Shown here: positions 1 through 8,798 of the stretch, in pieces
Layout of the letters: every line of letters begins with the position of its first letter
Position numbering within the stretch: the first letter of the stretch is position 1
Assembly (NCBI GenBank): GCA_023131895.1
Contig: JAGLYZ010000002.1
Coordinates: forward strand, 176,474-240,473
Direction: 5' to 3'
Length of the DNA: 64,000 nucleotides
From: Candidatus Parcubacteria bacterium
GTDB lineage: Bacteria > Patescibacteriota > Minisyncoccia > Minisyncoccales > JAGMDC01
Translations under genes and position numbers: made by a program
The notes under the pieces: generated by a model
Seen by the model: only the letters and a program-made list of their open reading frames with translations
The model's database searches: none
Told to the model about the DNA's origin: nothing

Positions 1-348
1 AAATCCTAATAAAAAGTAAAAAATAATCGCTGCCAAAAGCACATTCATTGCTACTCCGCCAATAGTTATCAAAGCCCTTATTCTAATTGGCTTACTGGAA
101 AAACTTTTGGGGTCTTTAATTTTTTGGGTATCTATCTCGCCATAAATTTTATTAAAACCGCCAAAAGGAATAGCACCGATTGCATAAAGGGTATCACCTT
201 TTTTCTTTTGCCATATCCTTGGGGGAAAACCAATACAAAATTCTTCCACCTTTACCCCAGTAGCTTTAGCACAAATAAAATGGCCCAACTCATGGACAAA
301 TATTAGAAAACTTAGTATTAAAATGAAAACAATAACAGCAAAAATCAT
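1..348 (-). CDS. RseP-like site-2 zinc metalloprotease (peptidase M50), N-terminal part; continues past window start
   Basis: Own translation from ATG at 346-348: MIFAVIVFILILSFLIFVHELGHFICAKATGVKVEEFCIGFPP...; HExxH in a hydrophobic helix. Not in the ORF track because no stop lies in the window. Confidence 0.7.
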   Translation of the reverse strand, partial: MIFAVIVFILILSFLIFVHELGHFICAKATGVKVEEFCIGFPPRIWQKKKGDTLYAIGAIPFGGFNKIYGEIDTQKIKDPKSFSSKPIRIRALITIGGVAMNVLLAAIIFYFLLGF

Positions 349-402
349 AAAAGTTCTAAAATGTCTAATATCTAATTAACTTATTTTTATTTAATAATTA
401 TT

Positions 403-430
403 GCGAAGAAAACAGATTTTTCAAAGCAAT
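403..430. repeat. Family-3 motif GCGAAGAAAACAGATTTTTCRAAGCAAT (copy 1)
   Basis: Near-identical copies at 12315, 16882, 37355 (plus an inverted partner at 37416) and a partial copy at 37887. Lies just downstream of the frr stop. Confidence 0.7.
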
Positions 431-452
431 AATTGGTTGTTAGAAATTTATT

Positions 453-1010
453 TTATAGTTCTATTTCTTTTTTCTTCCTTTCACCTATCTCTTCAATTTT
501 TTTATTATATTCATCAATTAAATCTTGTAATTCGTCTTTTGCGCGGAATTTATCATCTTCCCTAATTTCTCCATTTTTAAACTCTTCTTGAACCTCGTCC
601 CATGCCTTCTCACGCCAATGCCTAATTGTTTTTTTTGCCTCTTCTTGCTTTTCAGAAATAAATCTTAAAAAATTTTTTCTGTATTCCTCGTTCATAGCTG
701 GCAGACTAATACGAATTATATCTTTATCAACAATAGGAGCAGCTCCTAAGGAAGATTTAGAAACAGCTCTTTCTATCGGCTCTATATATGATTTATCCCA
801 TGGCTGGATAGTAATTTTTCTTGGTTCTGGCACTGATATTGCCGCTAATTGCTTTAAAGGAAGTTTCTGGCTAAAACAATCTACTATTATATCTTCTACT
901 AAAGAAATAGAAGCGCGGCCTGTCCGAACTTTAATCATTTCTCTTTCTAAAAAATCAATTGTTCTTTCCATCTCCGGTTTAATTTGATTAATAATTTCTT
1001 TAAAATTCAT
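453..1010 (-). CDS. frr: Ribosome recycling factor
   Basis: MNFKEIINQIKPEMERTIDFLEREMIKVRTGRASISLVEDI... is typical full-length RRF. Start moved to the internal ATG (codon 13 of the track ORF). Confidence 0.9.
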   Translation of the reverse strand: MNFKEIINQIKPEMERTIDFLEREMIKVRTGRASISLVEDIIVDCFSQKLPLKQLAAISVPEPRKITIQPWDKSYIEPIERAVSKSSLGAAPIVDKDIIRISLPAMNEEYRKNFLRFISEKQEEAKKTIRHWREKAWDEVQEEFKNGEIREDDKFRAKDELQDLIDEYNKKIEEIGERKKKEIEL

Positions 1011-1046
1011 ATGTTTATATAATAACAAAAATAAAATTAAATTCAA

Positions 1047-1958
1047 TTATAAGTCTAACATTATGGTTTCTAAAGATAGCCTTGGATTGACATTGGTAGT
1101 AGAAATTAAAAGCTGTATTTTAGAAATATTCTCAATAGTTATTTTTATACTGGTTAATGAGTCAATATTTTGGGACTTAATAGCGGCCAATAACTTTTTT
1201 CTAAAATATCTCAACCAAATATCTAATACTTCTTTTAAATCATTATTTTTTTCAGTTAAATCCTTGACATACTGAAAACGATAAGACAAATCTGATTTAG
1301 TAAGCTTATCAATTTCTCTTATTCTATTTTTAAACTCTTCTAGCCTATGAGGGTTTCTTATAAGGTCTATTATTTCACCTATCCTGCCCAAAGAAAGCTC
1401 AACAACCTCTCTGAATTTCTCATTAGAGATATTTTTTGATTTAATATAATCTCCAATTTCCTCTTGTTTTGCCGGATGAAAATTAATTCTTTGAACTCTT
1501 GATAAAATAGTTGGCAAAAGCATTTCTGGATACTCGCTGATCAAAATAAAAAGAGTATTTCCTTTTGGCTCTTCCAAGGTTTTTAAAAAAGAATTTTGCG
1601 CTTCTTTAGTCATAGAATGAGCTTTATCTATAATTGCTATTTTAAATGAGGATAAAGAAGGATAAAGAGAAAAGACATTCTCCATTTTTCTTATTTGGCT
1701 AATTTTAATTTCTTTTTCCGGTTCCACTAATAAAAAATCAGGATAAGCTTTTTTTTCAATATCTTTACAGGACCGGCAAACTTGACAAGGTTTAAGAGAA
1801 GGCTTTTCCGCTTCACAGTTTAAAAATTTAACAAATTCAACAGCTAGTGTTTTTTTTCCAATATGTTCCGGGCCGGAAAATAAATAAGCATGAGAAAGCT
1901 TTTGCATCTCATAACAACTTTTTAAAAACTGCCATTGTTTTTTATGACCAATAATCAT
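1047..1958 (-). CDS. holB: DNA polymerase III delta-prime subunit (clamp-loader AAA+)
   Basis: GPEHIGKKT P-loop-like motif, CQVCRSC zinc module, LSRVQRI sensor motif, about 300 aa. Confidence 0.8.
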   Translation of the reverse strand: MIIGHKKQWQFLKSCYEMQKLSHAYLFSGPEHIGKKTLAVEFVKFLNCEAEKPSLKPCQVCRSCKDIEKKAYPDFLLVEPEKEIKISQIRKMENVFSLYPSLSSFKIAIIDKAHSMTKEAQNSFLKTLEEPKGNTLFILISEYPEMLLPTILSRVQRINFHPAKQEEIGDYIKSKNISNEKFREVVELSLGRIGEIIDLIRNPHRLEEFKNRIREIDKLTKSDLSYRFQYVKDLTEKNNDLKEVLDIWLRYFRKKLLAAIKSQNIDSLTSIKITIENISKIQLLISTTNVNPRLSLETIMLDL

Positions 1959-2042
1959 TAAAACATATTAACATATTAACATTTAAACATAAACTTAAAA
2001 TACAAAATGTTAAAATGTTTGAATGCTTAAATGTTAAAATGG
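1959..2042. repeat. Family-1 palindromic intergenic element (TTAACAT/ATGTTAA units)
   Basis: catattaacatattaacatttaaacat ... atgttaaaatgtttgaatgcttaaatgttaaaatg; fills the holB-mreB spacer. Confidence 0.8.
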
Positions 2043-3050
2043 TTACTTCTTGCTCATTATGCTCTTTTTATAAACGTCTAAATTCTCAAGCACTACTCCA
2101 GTGCCTTTAGCTACACACAATAACGGTTCTTCTGCTATAAAACAAGGAATACCTATATTTTGAGTAATAAGCTCGTCAATGTTTCTTAAAAGAGCTCCGC
2201 CTCCAGAAACAATCATTCCTTTATCCATAATATCAGCTGAAATCTCTGGCGGCGTATCCCTTAAAACTAATTTGACTACTTGAATTATTTCTTCTAAAAC
2301 ACTGAAAGTGGCATTGCAAACTTCATTTGAGGAAATTTTAATAGTCCGAGGAAGGCCTAATACTAAATCCCTGCCGCGGATTTCTAAATATTTTTGTTCT
2401 TTTTCCGGCAAGGCAGTGCCAATTTTCATTTTTATTTCTTCAGCAGTCTGCTCTCCTACTGCTAAATTATATTTCTTTTTAATATAATCAGATATAGCTG
2501 TATTCATCTTATCGCCTGCCACTCTCATTGAAGAAGAATTAACAATCCCGCCTAAAGAAATAGTTGCAACTTCAGAAGTTCCTCCTCCTATATCTAAAAT
2601 TAAGTTGCCAGAGCAGGAATTTATTGGAATACCGGCGCCAATAGCTGCTAAAATCGGTTCTTTAGCTACATAAACTGCTTTTGCGCCAGCATTCATACCT
2701 GCCTCAATTACAGCTCTTTTCTCAGTGGAAGTAACTCCTGCTGGCACAGAAATCATTAATTCTGGTTTTAGAAATCTGAAAGAACCTGCTGTTTTTTTGA
2801 TAAAATATGCGAGCATTGCCTGTGTTACCCGAAAATCAGCAATAACGCCATCTTTCAAAGGGCGATAAACTCTAATTGTATCAGGGGTGCGCCCAGTCAT
2901 TTCTTTGGCTTCCTCGCCTACAGCTAAAATTCTATTTTCATCAAGAGAAACAGCAACCACTGACGGCTCTTGCAAAACAATACCTTGCCTTGGCAAGAAA
3001 ACCAATGAATTGCATGTTCCTAAGTCAATACCGATTTTTTTTATAAACAC
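2043..3050 (-). CDS. mreB: Rod-shape protein MreB (actin-like ATPase)
   Basis: IGIDLGTCNSLVF, DIGGGTSEVA and VSGGGALLRNIDE motifs. Start placed at the GTG giving VFIKKIGIDLGT; the track ORF runs 42 nt further into a GC-rich repeat. Confidence 0.85.
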   Translation of the reverse strand: MFIKKIGIDLGTCNSLVFLPRQGIVLQEPSVVAVSLDENRILAVGEEAKEMTGRTPDTIRVYRPLKDGVIADFRVTQAMLAYFIKKTAGSFRFLKPELMISVPAGVTSTEKRAVIEAGMNAGAKAVYVAKEPILAAIGAGIPINSCSGNLILDIGGGTSEVATISLGGIVNSSSMRVAGDKMNTAISDYIKKKYNLAVGEQTAEEIKMKIGTALPEKEQKYLEIRGRDLVLGLPRTIKISSNEVCNATFSVLEEIIQVVKLVLRDTPPEISADIMDKGMIVSGGGALLRNIDELITQNIGIPCFIAEEPLLCVAKGTGVVLENLDVYKKSIMSKK

Positions 3051-3092
3051 GTTCCTTCGCCCTCGCTCCCCTTCGCTTTGTTCAGGGTTCAC

Positions 3093-3220
3093 TCGAGCTT
3101 AGTCAAGTTAAAAGTTAAAAATTAAAAATTAGAATTTAAGAAAAAAATTAAATTAATTAAACTTTTAACTTAAAACTTTAACTTTTCATTTTTAACTTTT
3201 AACTAAAGTCCAGTAATTTA
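3093..3220. repeat. Family-2 palindromic intergenic element (AGTTAAAAGT units)
   Basis: caagttaaaagttaaaaattaaaaattagaatttaag ... cttaaaactttaacttttcatttttaacttttaact. Central part nearly identical to 21569-21704. Confidence 0.8.
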
Positions 3221-4483
3221 TTAAACCCTCACTCTTTTGATGTCCGCCCCTAACTTCTGTAGTCGTTCTTCAATCCGTTCGTATCCTCTGTCAATTTGAT
3301 AAATATTATTTATAGTTGTAGTGCCTTTAGCTAAAAGTCCAGCAATAATCAAAGAAGCGCCTCCTCTAATATCCCAGCTTTCAATATTCAAACCATGCAA
3401 TGGCGTCTTGCCGAAAATAATAGCTCGATGAGGATCAACTATTTCAATATCTGCTCCCATTTTTTTTAATTCTTCAAGATAACTAAAACGGGATTCATAT
3501 AAAGGATCATGGATTAGAGTTTTGCCATTCGCTTGAGTTGACAAAACAGAAGTAAAAGGCAAAAAATCAGTAGGAAATCCAGGATAGAAAAATGTCTGAA
3601 TTCTCGCCGGCTTCAAATCAGGAGAATAGTCAACAGTAATAGAATTATTTCCTTTTTTGAACCTCACTCCTATCTCTTCTAATTTATCTAAAAAAAGATC
3701 TAAGTGATCAAGCCGAATATTTTTTAAAACAACTTGACCGGGAGTCATGCAGCCAGCTATTATAAAAGTTGCTGTTACTATTGGATCAGGAATAATTTTA
3801 TGTGAAGCACCATTCAACTTTTCTTTGCCCTTAATAATAATTGTATGCGATCCTAATCCTTGAATTTCCGCTCCCATTTTTTGAAGCATTTCTCCCAAAT
3901 CCTGGACTTGCGGCTCGCAAGCTGCGCCTTTAATAGTCGTTTCACCATCTAATAAAGAAGCAGCCATCATCACATTTTCTGTAGCTGTAACACTAAATTC
4001 TTTTAAAATAATCTCTGCAGGAAAAAGATTTTCTGATTTAAAATCATAAAAATTTTCTCTTTCTTCAATCTGAACGCCAAATCTTTTTAAAGCTTCTAAA
4101 TGAGTAGTAATAGGCCTTAAACCAATCCTATCACCGCCAGGACGAAAGAATTTAAAATCTCTAAAACGAACCAATAAAGGCCCTATTAGAAGAACTGAAA
4201 CTCTTGTTTTATAAATTTTTTCTGGATCTAATTTACTGATATCCACTTGTTCTGCCTTTATTCTTATTTTTCTTTTATCAATCCAATCTACTCGCACTCC
4301 CATATCTTTTAAAATATCAATCATTGTAAAAACATCTTCCATTAAAGGAAGATTATCAATAATGACTTCTTCTTTAGTCAAAAGAGAAGCAGCTAAAACT
4401 GCTCCAGCAGAGTTTTTATATCCCTCAATTTCTACTTCGCCGTTTAACGGTTTCCCGCCTTGAATAATAAATTTCTCTGGCAT
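3221..4483 (-). CDS. murA: UDP-N-acetylglucosamine 1-carboxyvinyltransferase
   Basis: 420 aa; MPEKFIIQGGKPLNGEVEIEGYKNSAGAVLAASLL. The active-site loop reads RPGGDRIGLRPI, with Asp where E. coli has Cys115. Confidence 0.9.
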   Translation of the reverse strand: MPEKFIIQGGKPLNGEVEIEGYKNSAGAVLAASLLTKEEVIIDNLPLMEDVFTMIDILKDMGVRVDWIDKRKIRIKAEQVDISKLDPEKIYKTRVSVLLIGPLLVRFRDFKFFRPGGDRIGLRPITTHLEALKRFGVQIEERENFYDFKSENLFPAEIILKEFSVTATENVMMAASLLDGETTIKGAACEPQVQDLGEMLQKMGAEIQGLGSHTIIIKGKEKLNGASHKIIPDPIVTATFIIAGCMTPGQVVLKNIRLDHLDLFLDKLEEIGVRFKKGNNSITVDYSPDLKPARIQTFFYPGFPTDFLPFTSVLSTQANGKTLIHDPLYESRFSYLEELKKMGADIEIVDPHRAIIFGKTPLHGLNIESWDIRGGASLIIAGLLAKGTTTINNIYQIDRGYERIEERLQKLGADIKRVRV

Positions 4484-4547
4484 ATCAGTAATTTTATCCT
4501 ATTAAAAAACTTGACCTTTGTCAAACTAAAGTTTCAAGAGGTCGTTT

Positions 4548-4576
4548 TTAAAAAAAGAACGCTCAAATGGAGCGTT
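4548..4576 (-). terminator. Rho-independent terminator after the 4579..5790 gene
   Basis: Minus strand AACGCTC-CATTT-GAGCGTT followed by CTTTTTTT. Confidence 0.7.
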
Positions 4577-4578
4577 TA

Positions 4579-5790
4579 TTACAATTTATTTTTTACTTTA
4601 AAAACAGCGAACCGCGCCGCAATTCCCGGGTTGCTGAAAAGCAATGTTGTTACCAAAGAGATAGCAGAGGCCTCCGATGAAAAATTTACATCTTTTAAGG
4701 AATGGCCCAAGTCATTATAGTCTTTGTCTGTTAAGGTCTGGGAAAACCTTCTCATTGTAAGGAACTGCTCATTATCTTTCCCGAATGCCACAAAAATTCT
4801 TCTCCTGTAATCAGCCAATCCTTTTTTGGAAGTGTCTCCTTTTGAAATAGCTGCGGCTGCTATCTCGCCTGCAATCTTCCCTGATTCCATTCCGGTTCTT
4901 AATCCTCCTCCTGATATATAATTAACAGCTCCTGCGGCATCCCCTGCTAACATTACATCATCTGCGACTATATCAGATGGCGGCGCTCCTGGAATTATTC
5001 CTGCTGTTTTTTCTATAATCTGGTATTCCTTGAATACTCTTCCAACAAAACCGTTCAAAAAGTAATCAGGAACAGAAATATCAAACTCCTTAAGTTTGTC
5101 TTCAAACATTCCTATTCCCACATTGGCAGTACTGTTTCCTTTCGAAAAAATCCAAGCATAACCGCCACCAGGGGCAATCTTGGGACCCAAAAAACACCTA
5201 ACTCTATCTAAATCTTCAAGTTCGGGCGAGTATACTAAATACTGCTGACCAAGTATTTTATCAGAAGGATTTAGTTTTGTGTCTACTCCTGCACATTTAC
5301 CTATCCTGGATTCAGGACCGTCTGCTCCGATTACAATCTTAGCAGGAAAAGAATAATCGTGCCCAGATGAAACCACCCTAACTACCACACAATCTGCTTC
5401 TTTGTTTCTTGTAAACCCAACTGCTGTGCCCTTAACTATTTCAGCTCCCGCTCTCAGCGCGCTTATTGCCAAATCTTTGTCTAAAATTCTTCTCTCTAAA
5501 ACATATCCCTTCCTATCCACTGTTATTGTAGTTCCGTCTGGAGTAATAATTTCAGCTATTTTTGCCTGCTTAGCTACCCAACGCGGAACTGCCTTTTCTC
5601 CTAAAAGAGCTTTTAATATTTCTAACCCCTCTTCACTTATTCCTTCCGCGCATTGGACCGGAATACCTATTCCGTGATGTTTTTCTACCATCAAAACATC
5701 TAATCCCTGTTCCGCTGCTGTTTTCGCCGCTACTGATCCGGACGGCCCTGCTCCAACTACTACCACGTCAAATATTCCTTTTTCCCCCAT
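4579..5790 (-). CDS. FAD-dependent geranylgeranyl reductase family oxidoreductase
   Basis: DVVVVGAGPSGSVAAKTAAEQGLDVLMVEK dinucleotide fold, GADGPESRIG and LAGDAAG motifs. Visibly GC-richer than neighbours. AAGGAGGA lies 9 nt before the ATG. Confidence 0.75.
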   Translation of the reverse strand: MGEKGIFDVVVVGAGPSGSVAAKTAAEQGLDVLMVEKHHGIGIPVQCAEGISEEGLEILKALLGEKAVPRWVAKQAKIAEIITPDGTTITVDRKGYVLERRILDKDLAISALRAGAEIVKGTAVGFTRNKEADCVVVRVVSSGHDYSFPAKIVIGADGPESRIGKCAGVDTKLNPSDKILGQQYLVYSPELEDLDRVRCFLGPKIAPGGGYAWIFSKGNSTANVGIGMFEDKLKEFDISVPDYFLNGFVGRVFKEYQIIEKTAGIIPGAPPSDIVADDVMLAGDAAGAVNYISGGGLRTGMESGKIAGEIAAAAISKGDTSKKGLADYRRRIFVAFGKDNEQFLTMRRFSQTLTDKDYNDLGHSLKDVNFSSEASAISLVTTLLFSNPGIAARFAVFKVKNKL

Positions 5791-6121
5791 TTTACATCAT
5801 CCTCCTTTTTCAATTTTTCGTGTACTTTTAATGGCTTATTTCTTCGCCATCTAATAAACCTTATTATACATTCAAATTTTTGTCAAATGTTAAATGTGCA
5901 CTTTAATAATCTTGCGACCGCAAGAAAAGTCAAGTAGACAAGTGTTAAACATTCAATGCATAACAAACCAGCACGATCGTATCAGTTTGTTATAAAGATT
6001 ATCCAAATATAAATCTTTAAAAAATCGCATAGATAAAAAAAGAACGTTCAGTCATTTTAACCAAACGCGTTTTTGTTTTTTCAGCCAAACGCTAATTAAG
6101 CAAATGTTTGCGATTATAGCA

Positions 6122-6790
6122 CTACTCCCAGCCGAATATATCTTTCACTTGCTTTATTCTCTCGACATCGCCTGTTCTTTTGAAATATCCCAATGCTCTG
6201 CTGCCGAAACTCATAGCTAAATCACCTCTGCCTTCCATTTTCCAATATTCTTCTGCCAATCTTGCTTCTGTCAAAGCGAGCCCCCTCTCGTCCTGCGCTT
6301 CTCTTCGCGCGGCCAAAGTCATTTTATAAAACAAAATGGCTTTCTCTGTATCCCCTCTCACTTGCTTAATATACGCAAGGTTTTGCATCATATTTCCAAT
6401 ATCTGCGATAGTCGCCGCGTCATCTGCCATTGCCTCTATGAGCACCATTTTTGTTTGCCGTATTTCCTCGTCAAAAATTGTAATCTTGCCGTATATCTTG
6501 CAGATGAATCGCTGGAATACAGAATACGCTTTTGCTATTGGGTCATTTTCTCTGAACGCAATTGCCATTTCTATCGCTTCGACAGCTATATCATATTTGC
6601 CCATTCTCTGCAAAGTACTCCCTCGATAATGCCATGTCAATCCCAACAAAGATTGTTGCATCTCGACTTCAGGCAAAAGATTTATCTCATCAAAAGCCAT
6701 GTTCAACTGGGCTAACGCCTCTTCGTTCTTACCAACTTTCGAAAGCCGATTCGCTTCATTCACCATTTCCCTTATCTTCTTTTCTTCCAT
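6122..6790 (-). CDS. TPR-like helical repeat protein, function unknown
   Basis: Repeated A/G/Y-patterned helix pairs (NLAYIKQVRGDTEKAILFYKMTL...). GC-richer. AGGAGGTGA precedes the ATG. Confidence 0.5.
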   Translation of the reverse strand: MEEKKIREMVNEANRLSKVGKNEEALAQLNMAFDEINLLPEVEMQQSLLGLTWHYRGSTLQRMGKYDIAVEAIEMAIAFRENDPIAKAYSVFQRFICKIYGKITIFDEEIRQTKMVLIEAMADDAATIADIGNMMQNLAYIKQVRGDTEKAILFYKMTLAARREAQDERGLALTEARLAEEYWKMEGRGDLAMSFGSRALGYFKRTGDVERIKQVKDIFGWE

Positions 6791-6896
6791 TTTTCTCTTT
6801 TTTTCACCTCCTGTTCTTTTTTCTATATTAAACTCTTATGTGCTGATGGTTTATTTTCTTACCATCAAATAAACAATATCACTTTTTTAAAGTTTG

Positions 6897-7619
6897 TCAA
6901 ATTTTTAAGCCGATGAATGAAGCAAACCTGGGCTTTTTTTCTTTGTAAATTTTTGGAAATTGTTCCTGTTTTCGGGCTGAAAAATATTTTTTGTATTTAC
7001 AAAAAGTGCAAACTTTACAATCTTCTATATTTTTTCTTTTTATCCCAGACTTTAAAAGTTCGTCAAAAGCTAACTTGGTTAAATCAAAAAATATTTTTTC
7101 TTTTCTTTTCACAAAATATTTCTTGAATTTAGTATTTTTAAGATTTTGATAACTTTTTCCTTTTAACCAATAATGACAAACCCTTATATGCGGACCAATT
7201 CCCACTAAAACATCTTTTGGATTTGTTTTAAAATTCCTAACCATTTTATCAATAGTATTTTTAATAATTCCCTTAACTAAACAATTCCTGCCGCTGTGTA
7301 AAGCGGCAATTACTTTTTGTTTTGGATCGTATATTAAAATTGGCACACAATCAGCAGAAATTGTGGCTAAAATCTGGCCGGGTATATTGGAAATTAAACC
7401 ATCAACATTTTTTACGGTTTTTCCTAAGTCTTTCTGTTTGCAGATATGAACTCTTGAACTAAAAACCTGCTGCGCCCAAATCAAATTTTTGGAATTAATA
7501 TTTTTGTAAGCTAAAAATTCTAAAAATTTTATTGCTTGCTTATTAGTTCTCATTGAACCAAAAGAATTATCTGAAACTCCATGAATTAAGTTTTTATTTT
7601 TAAAAATTTTAAACTGCAT
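6897..7619 (-). CDS. pgeF: YfiH/PgeF (DUF152) laccase-domain purine nucleoside phosphorylase family
   Basis: ISADCVPILIYD, AALHSGRNC and IGPHIRVCHY match the His-Cys-His DUF152 pattern. AT-rich native composition, no SD. Confidence 0.7.
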   Translation of the reverse strand: MQFKIFKNKNLIHGVSDNSFGSMRTNKQAIKFLEFLAYKNINSKNLIWAQQVFSSRVHICKQKDLGKTVKNVDGLISNIPGQILATISADCVPILIYDPKQKVIAALHSGRNCLVKGIIKNTIDKMVRNFKTNPKDVLVGIGPHIRVCHYWLKGKSYQNLKNTKFKKYFVKRKEKIFFDLTKLAFDELLKSGIKRKNIEDCKVCTFCKYKKYFSARKQEQFPKIYKEKKPRFASFIGLKI

Positions 7620-7650
7620 AGATTTATTTTACAATAAACCTCAAAATTTT

Positions 7651-7688
7651 CCAAAAAAACAAGCAGAGATATAAATATAATTCTCTGC
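7651..7688 (-). terminator. Rho-independent terminator after the 7718..8416 gene
   Basis: Minus strand GCAGAGA-loop-TCTCTGC followed by TTGTTTTTTT. Confidence 0.65.
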
Positions 7689-7717
7689 ATAAAACTTTTT
7701 TATATTTGTGCTATCTT

Positions 7718-8416
7718 TCACAACTTTTCCATTACTTCTCTTAATCTGTTCCTGAGTCCGCCAAGATGTCCTCTTGATGGTTCTTCTTCCTGCAAATAAT
7801 AGTCCGCTGCTAACAGCAAATCTCTCGCTCCATCTATGATATCTATGTTTCCTCTGATCCTCGCCGCTCCTCTGTTGTTGACAATATTCCCGGCGTGCCT
7901 GAAATCTTCTCTTGAAATTTCCTCGAAATCATTTATCTCATTAAAAACCTTTACTGCTCCACTGAAGTCACTTTCTTTCATCTTGCGTAGTCCTCTGGCA
8001 TTTATTTCTCTGAAAATCGACGCTGTATTTCCCGTCTTACTTGCTATCTCACGGATTTCTTTTTCTATCCTTCTGGCCTCGTCAAAGTTCTCTTCAAGCT
8101 CGCTAACAATCACTGTCAACAAATAGCCATATTTCACCTTAAGCGACGGCTCCTTTATTTGTTGATAATACTCTCCTACGCTTTCCTTAAGCATAGATAT
8201 GTGCCGGTCGGTTGTGAAAAACTTTCTAACCCAGTAATACTCTCCGAAAAAGCCATTATATATCCCCTCCGCGATCTCCTCTACTGATTTACCGCCTTCC
8301 TTCATGTCTTCCTCTAGTTTATTTGTCTTTTCCATTATTGACACGTATTCCTCTCCTCCAACAGCCTTTGCATAAAGACTGTTAATTTCCTCTATCCTAT
8401 TTTCAAATTCTCCCAT
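7718..8416 (-). CDS. Helical (TPR-like) hypothetical protein
   Basis: Start set at MGEFENR, preceded by AAGGAGGT. The C-terminal part (HAGNIVNNRGAARIRGNIDIIDGARDLLLAADYY) resembles the 6122..6790 protein. Confidence 0.5.
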   Translation of the reverse strand: MGEFENRIEEINSLYAKAVGGEEYVSIMEKTNKLEEDMKEGGKSVEEIAEGIYNGFFGEYYWVRKFFTTDRHISMLKESVGEYYQQIKEPSLKVKYGYLLTVIVSELEENFDEARRIEKEIREIASKTGNTASIFREINARGLRKMKESDFSGAVKVFNEINDFEEISREDFRHAGNIVNNRGAARIRGNIDIIDGARDLLLAADYYLQEEEPSRGHLGGLRNRLREVMEKL

Positions 8417-8451
8417 TTTTTCCTTTTTACCTCCTTTTTTACAATCACCTT

Positions 8452-8625
8452 TTATATATTCTCCCAACGATTTCCGTCGCCATCGTAACCATCAATCTCT
8501 CCATTCGGACAAATGACAGCTGTTACTATTCCTACTCCATGATTAAAGACGTTTTGGCATTCTCCAGTTATTCTAGCCTTCTCTTTCACCCTTCTAAATT
8601 GTTCTTCTATTTCTATTTCTTCCAT
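8452..8625 (-). CDS. Small hypothetical protein (57 aa)
   Basis: MEEIEIEEQFRRVKEKARITGECQNVF...; AGAGGTGA precedes the ATG. First gene of a two-gene cassette. Confidence 0.4.
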   Translation of the reverse strand: MEEIEIEEQFRRVKEKARITGECQNVFNHGVGIVTAVICPNGEIDGYDGDGNRWENI

Positions 8626-8743
8626 TTTTTTTCTTTTCACCTCTTTTTACTTTTTCTCCTTTTTTACTTCTAAATGTGCAGGTCATCGGGCTTGCTCACA
8701 CACCTAAAATTAGGTGATAATAAAAACAGCAAGCCCTCACTGA

Positions 8744-8792
8744 ATTATAAGCATAGCAAACTCTTTCCTTTTTGTCAATATTTGGATATAAT
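8744..8792. promoter_or_regulatory. Divergent promoter region
   Basis: Minus strand: TTGACA (8773-8778), 17 nt, TATGCT, then an adjacent TATAAT. Plus strand: TATAAT (8787-8792), 6 nt, then the ATG at 8799. Confidence 0.5.
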
Positions 8793-8798
8793 TAGATT

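Noticed and set aside
2043-3092. N-terminal extensions of track ORFs: mreB, frr, rpsD, rpsL, map, fusA, rel, MNT, and the 7718, 8452, 10219, 23139, 24160 and 50820 ORFs.
   Set aside because: The extensions run through repeats, promoters or SD sites and lack homology. Internal starts match conserved protein N-termini or sit at proper distance from an SD.
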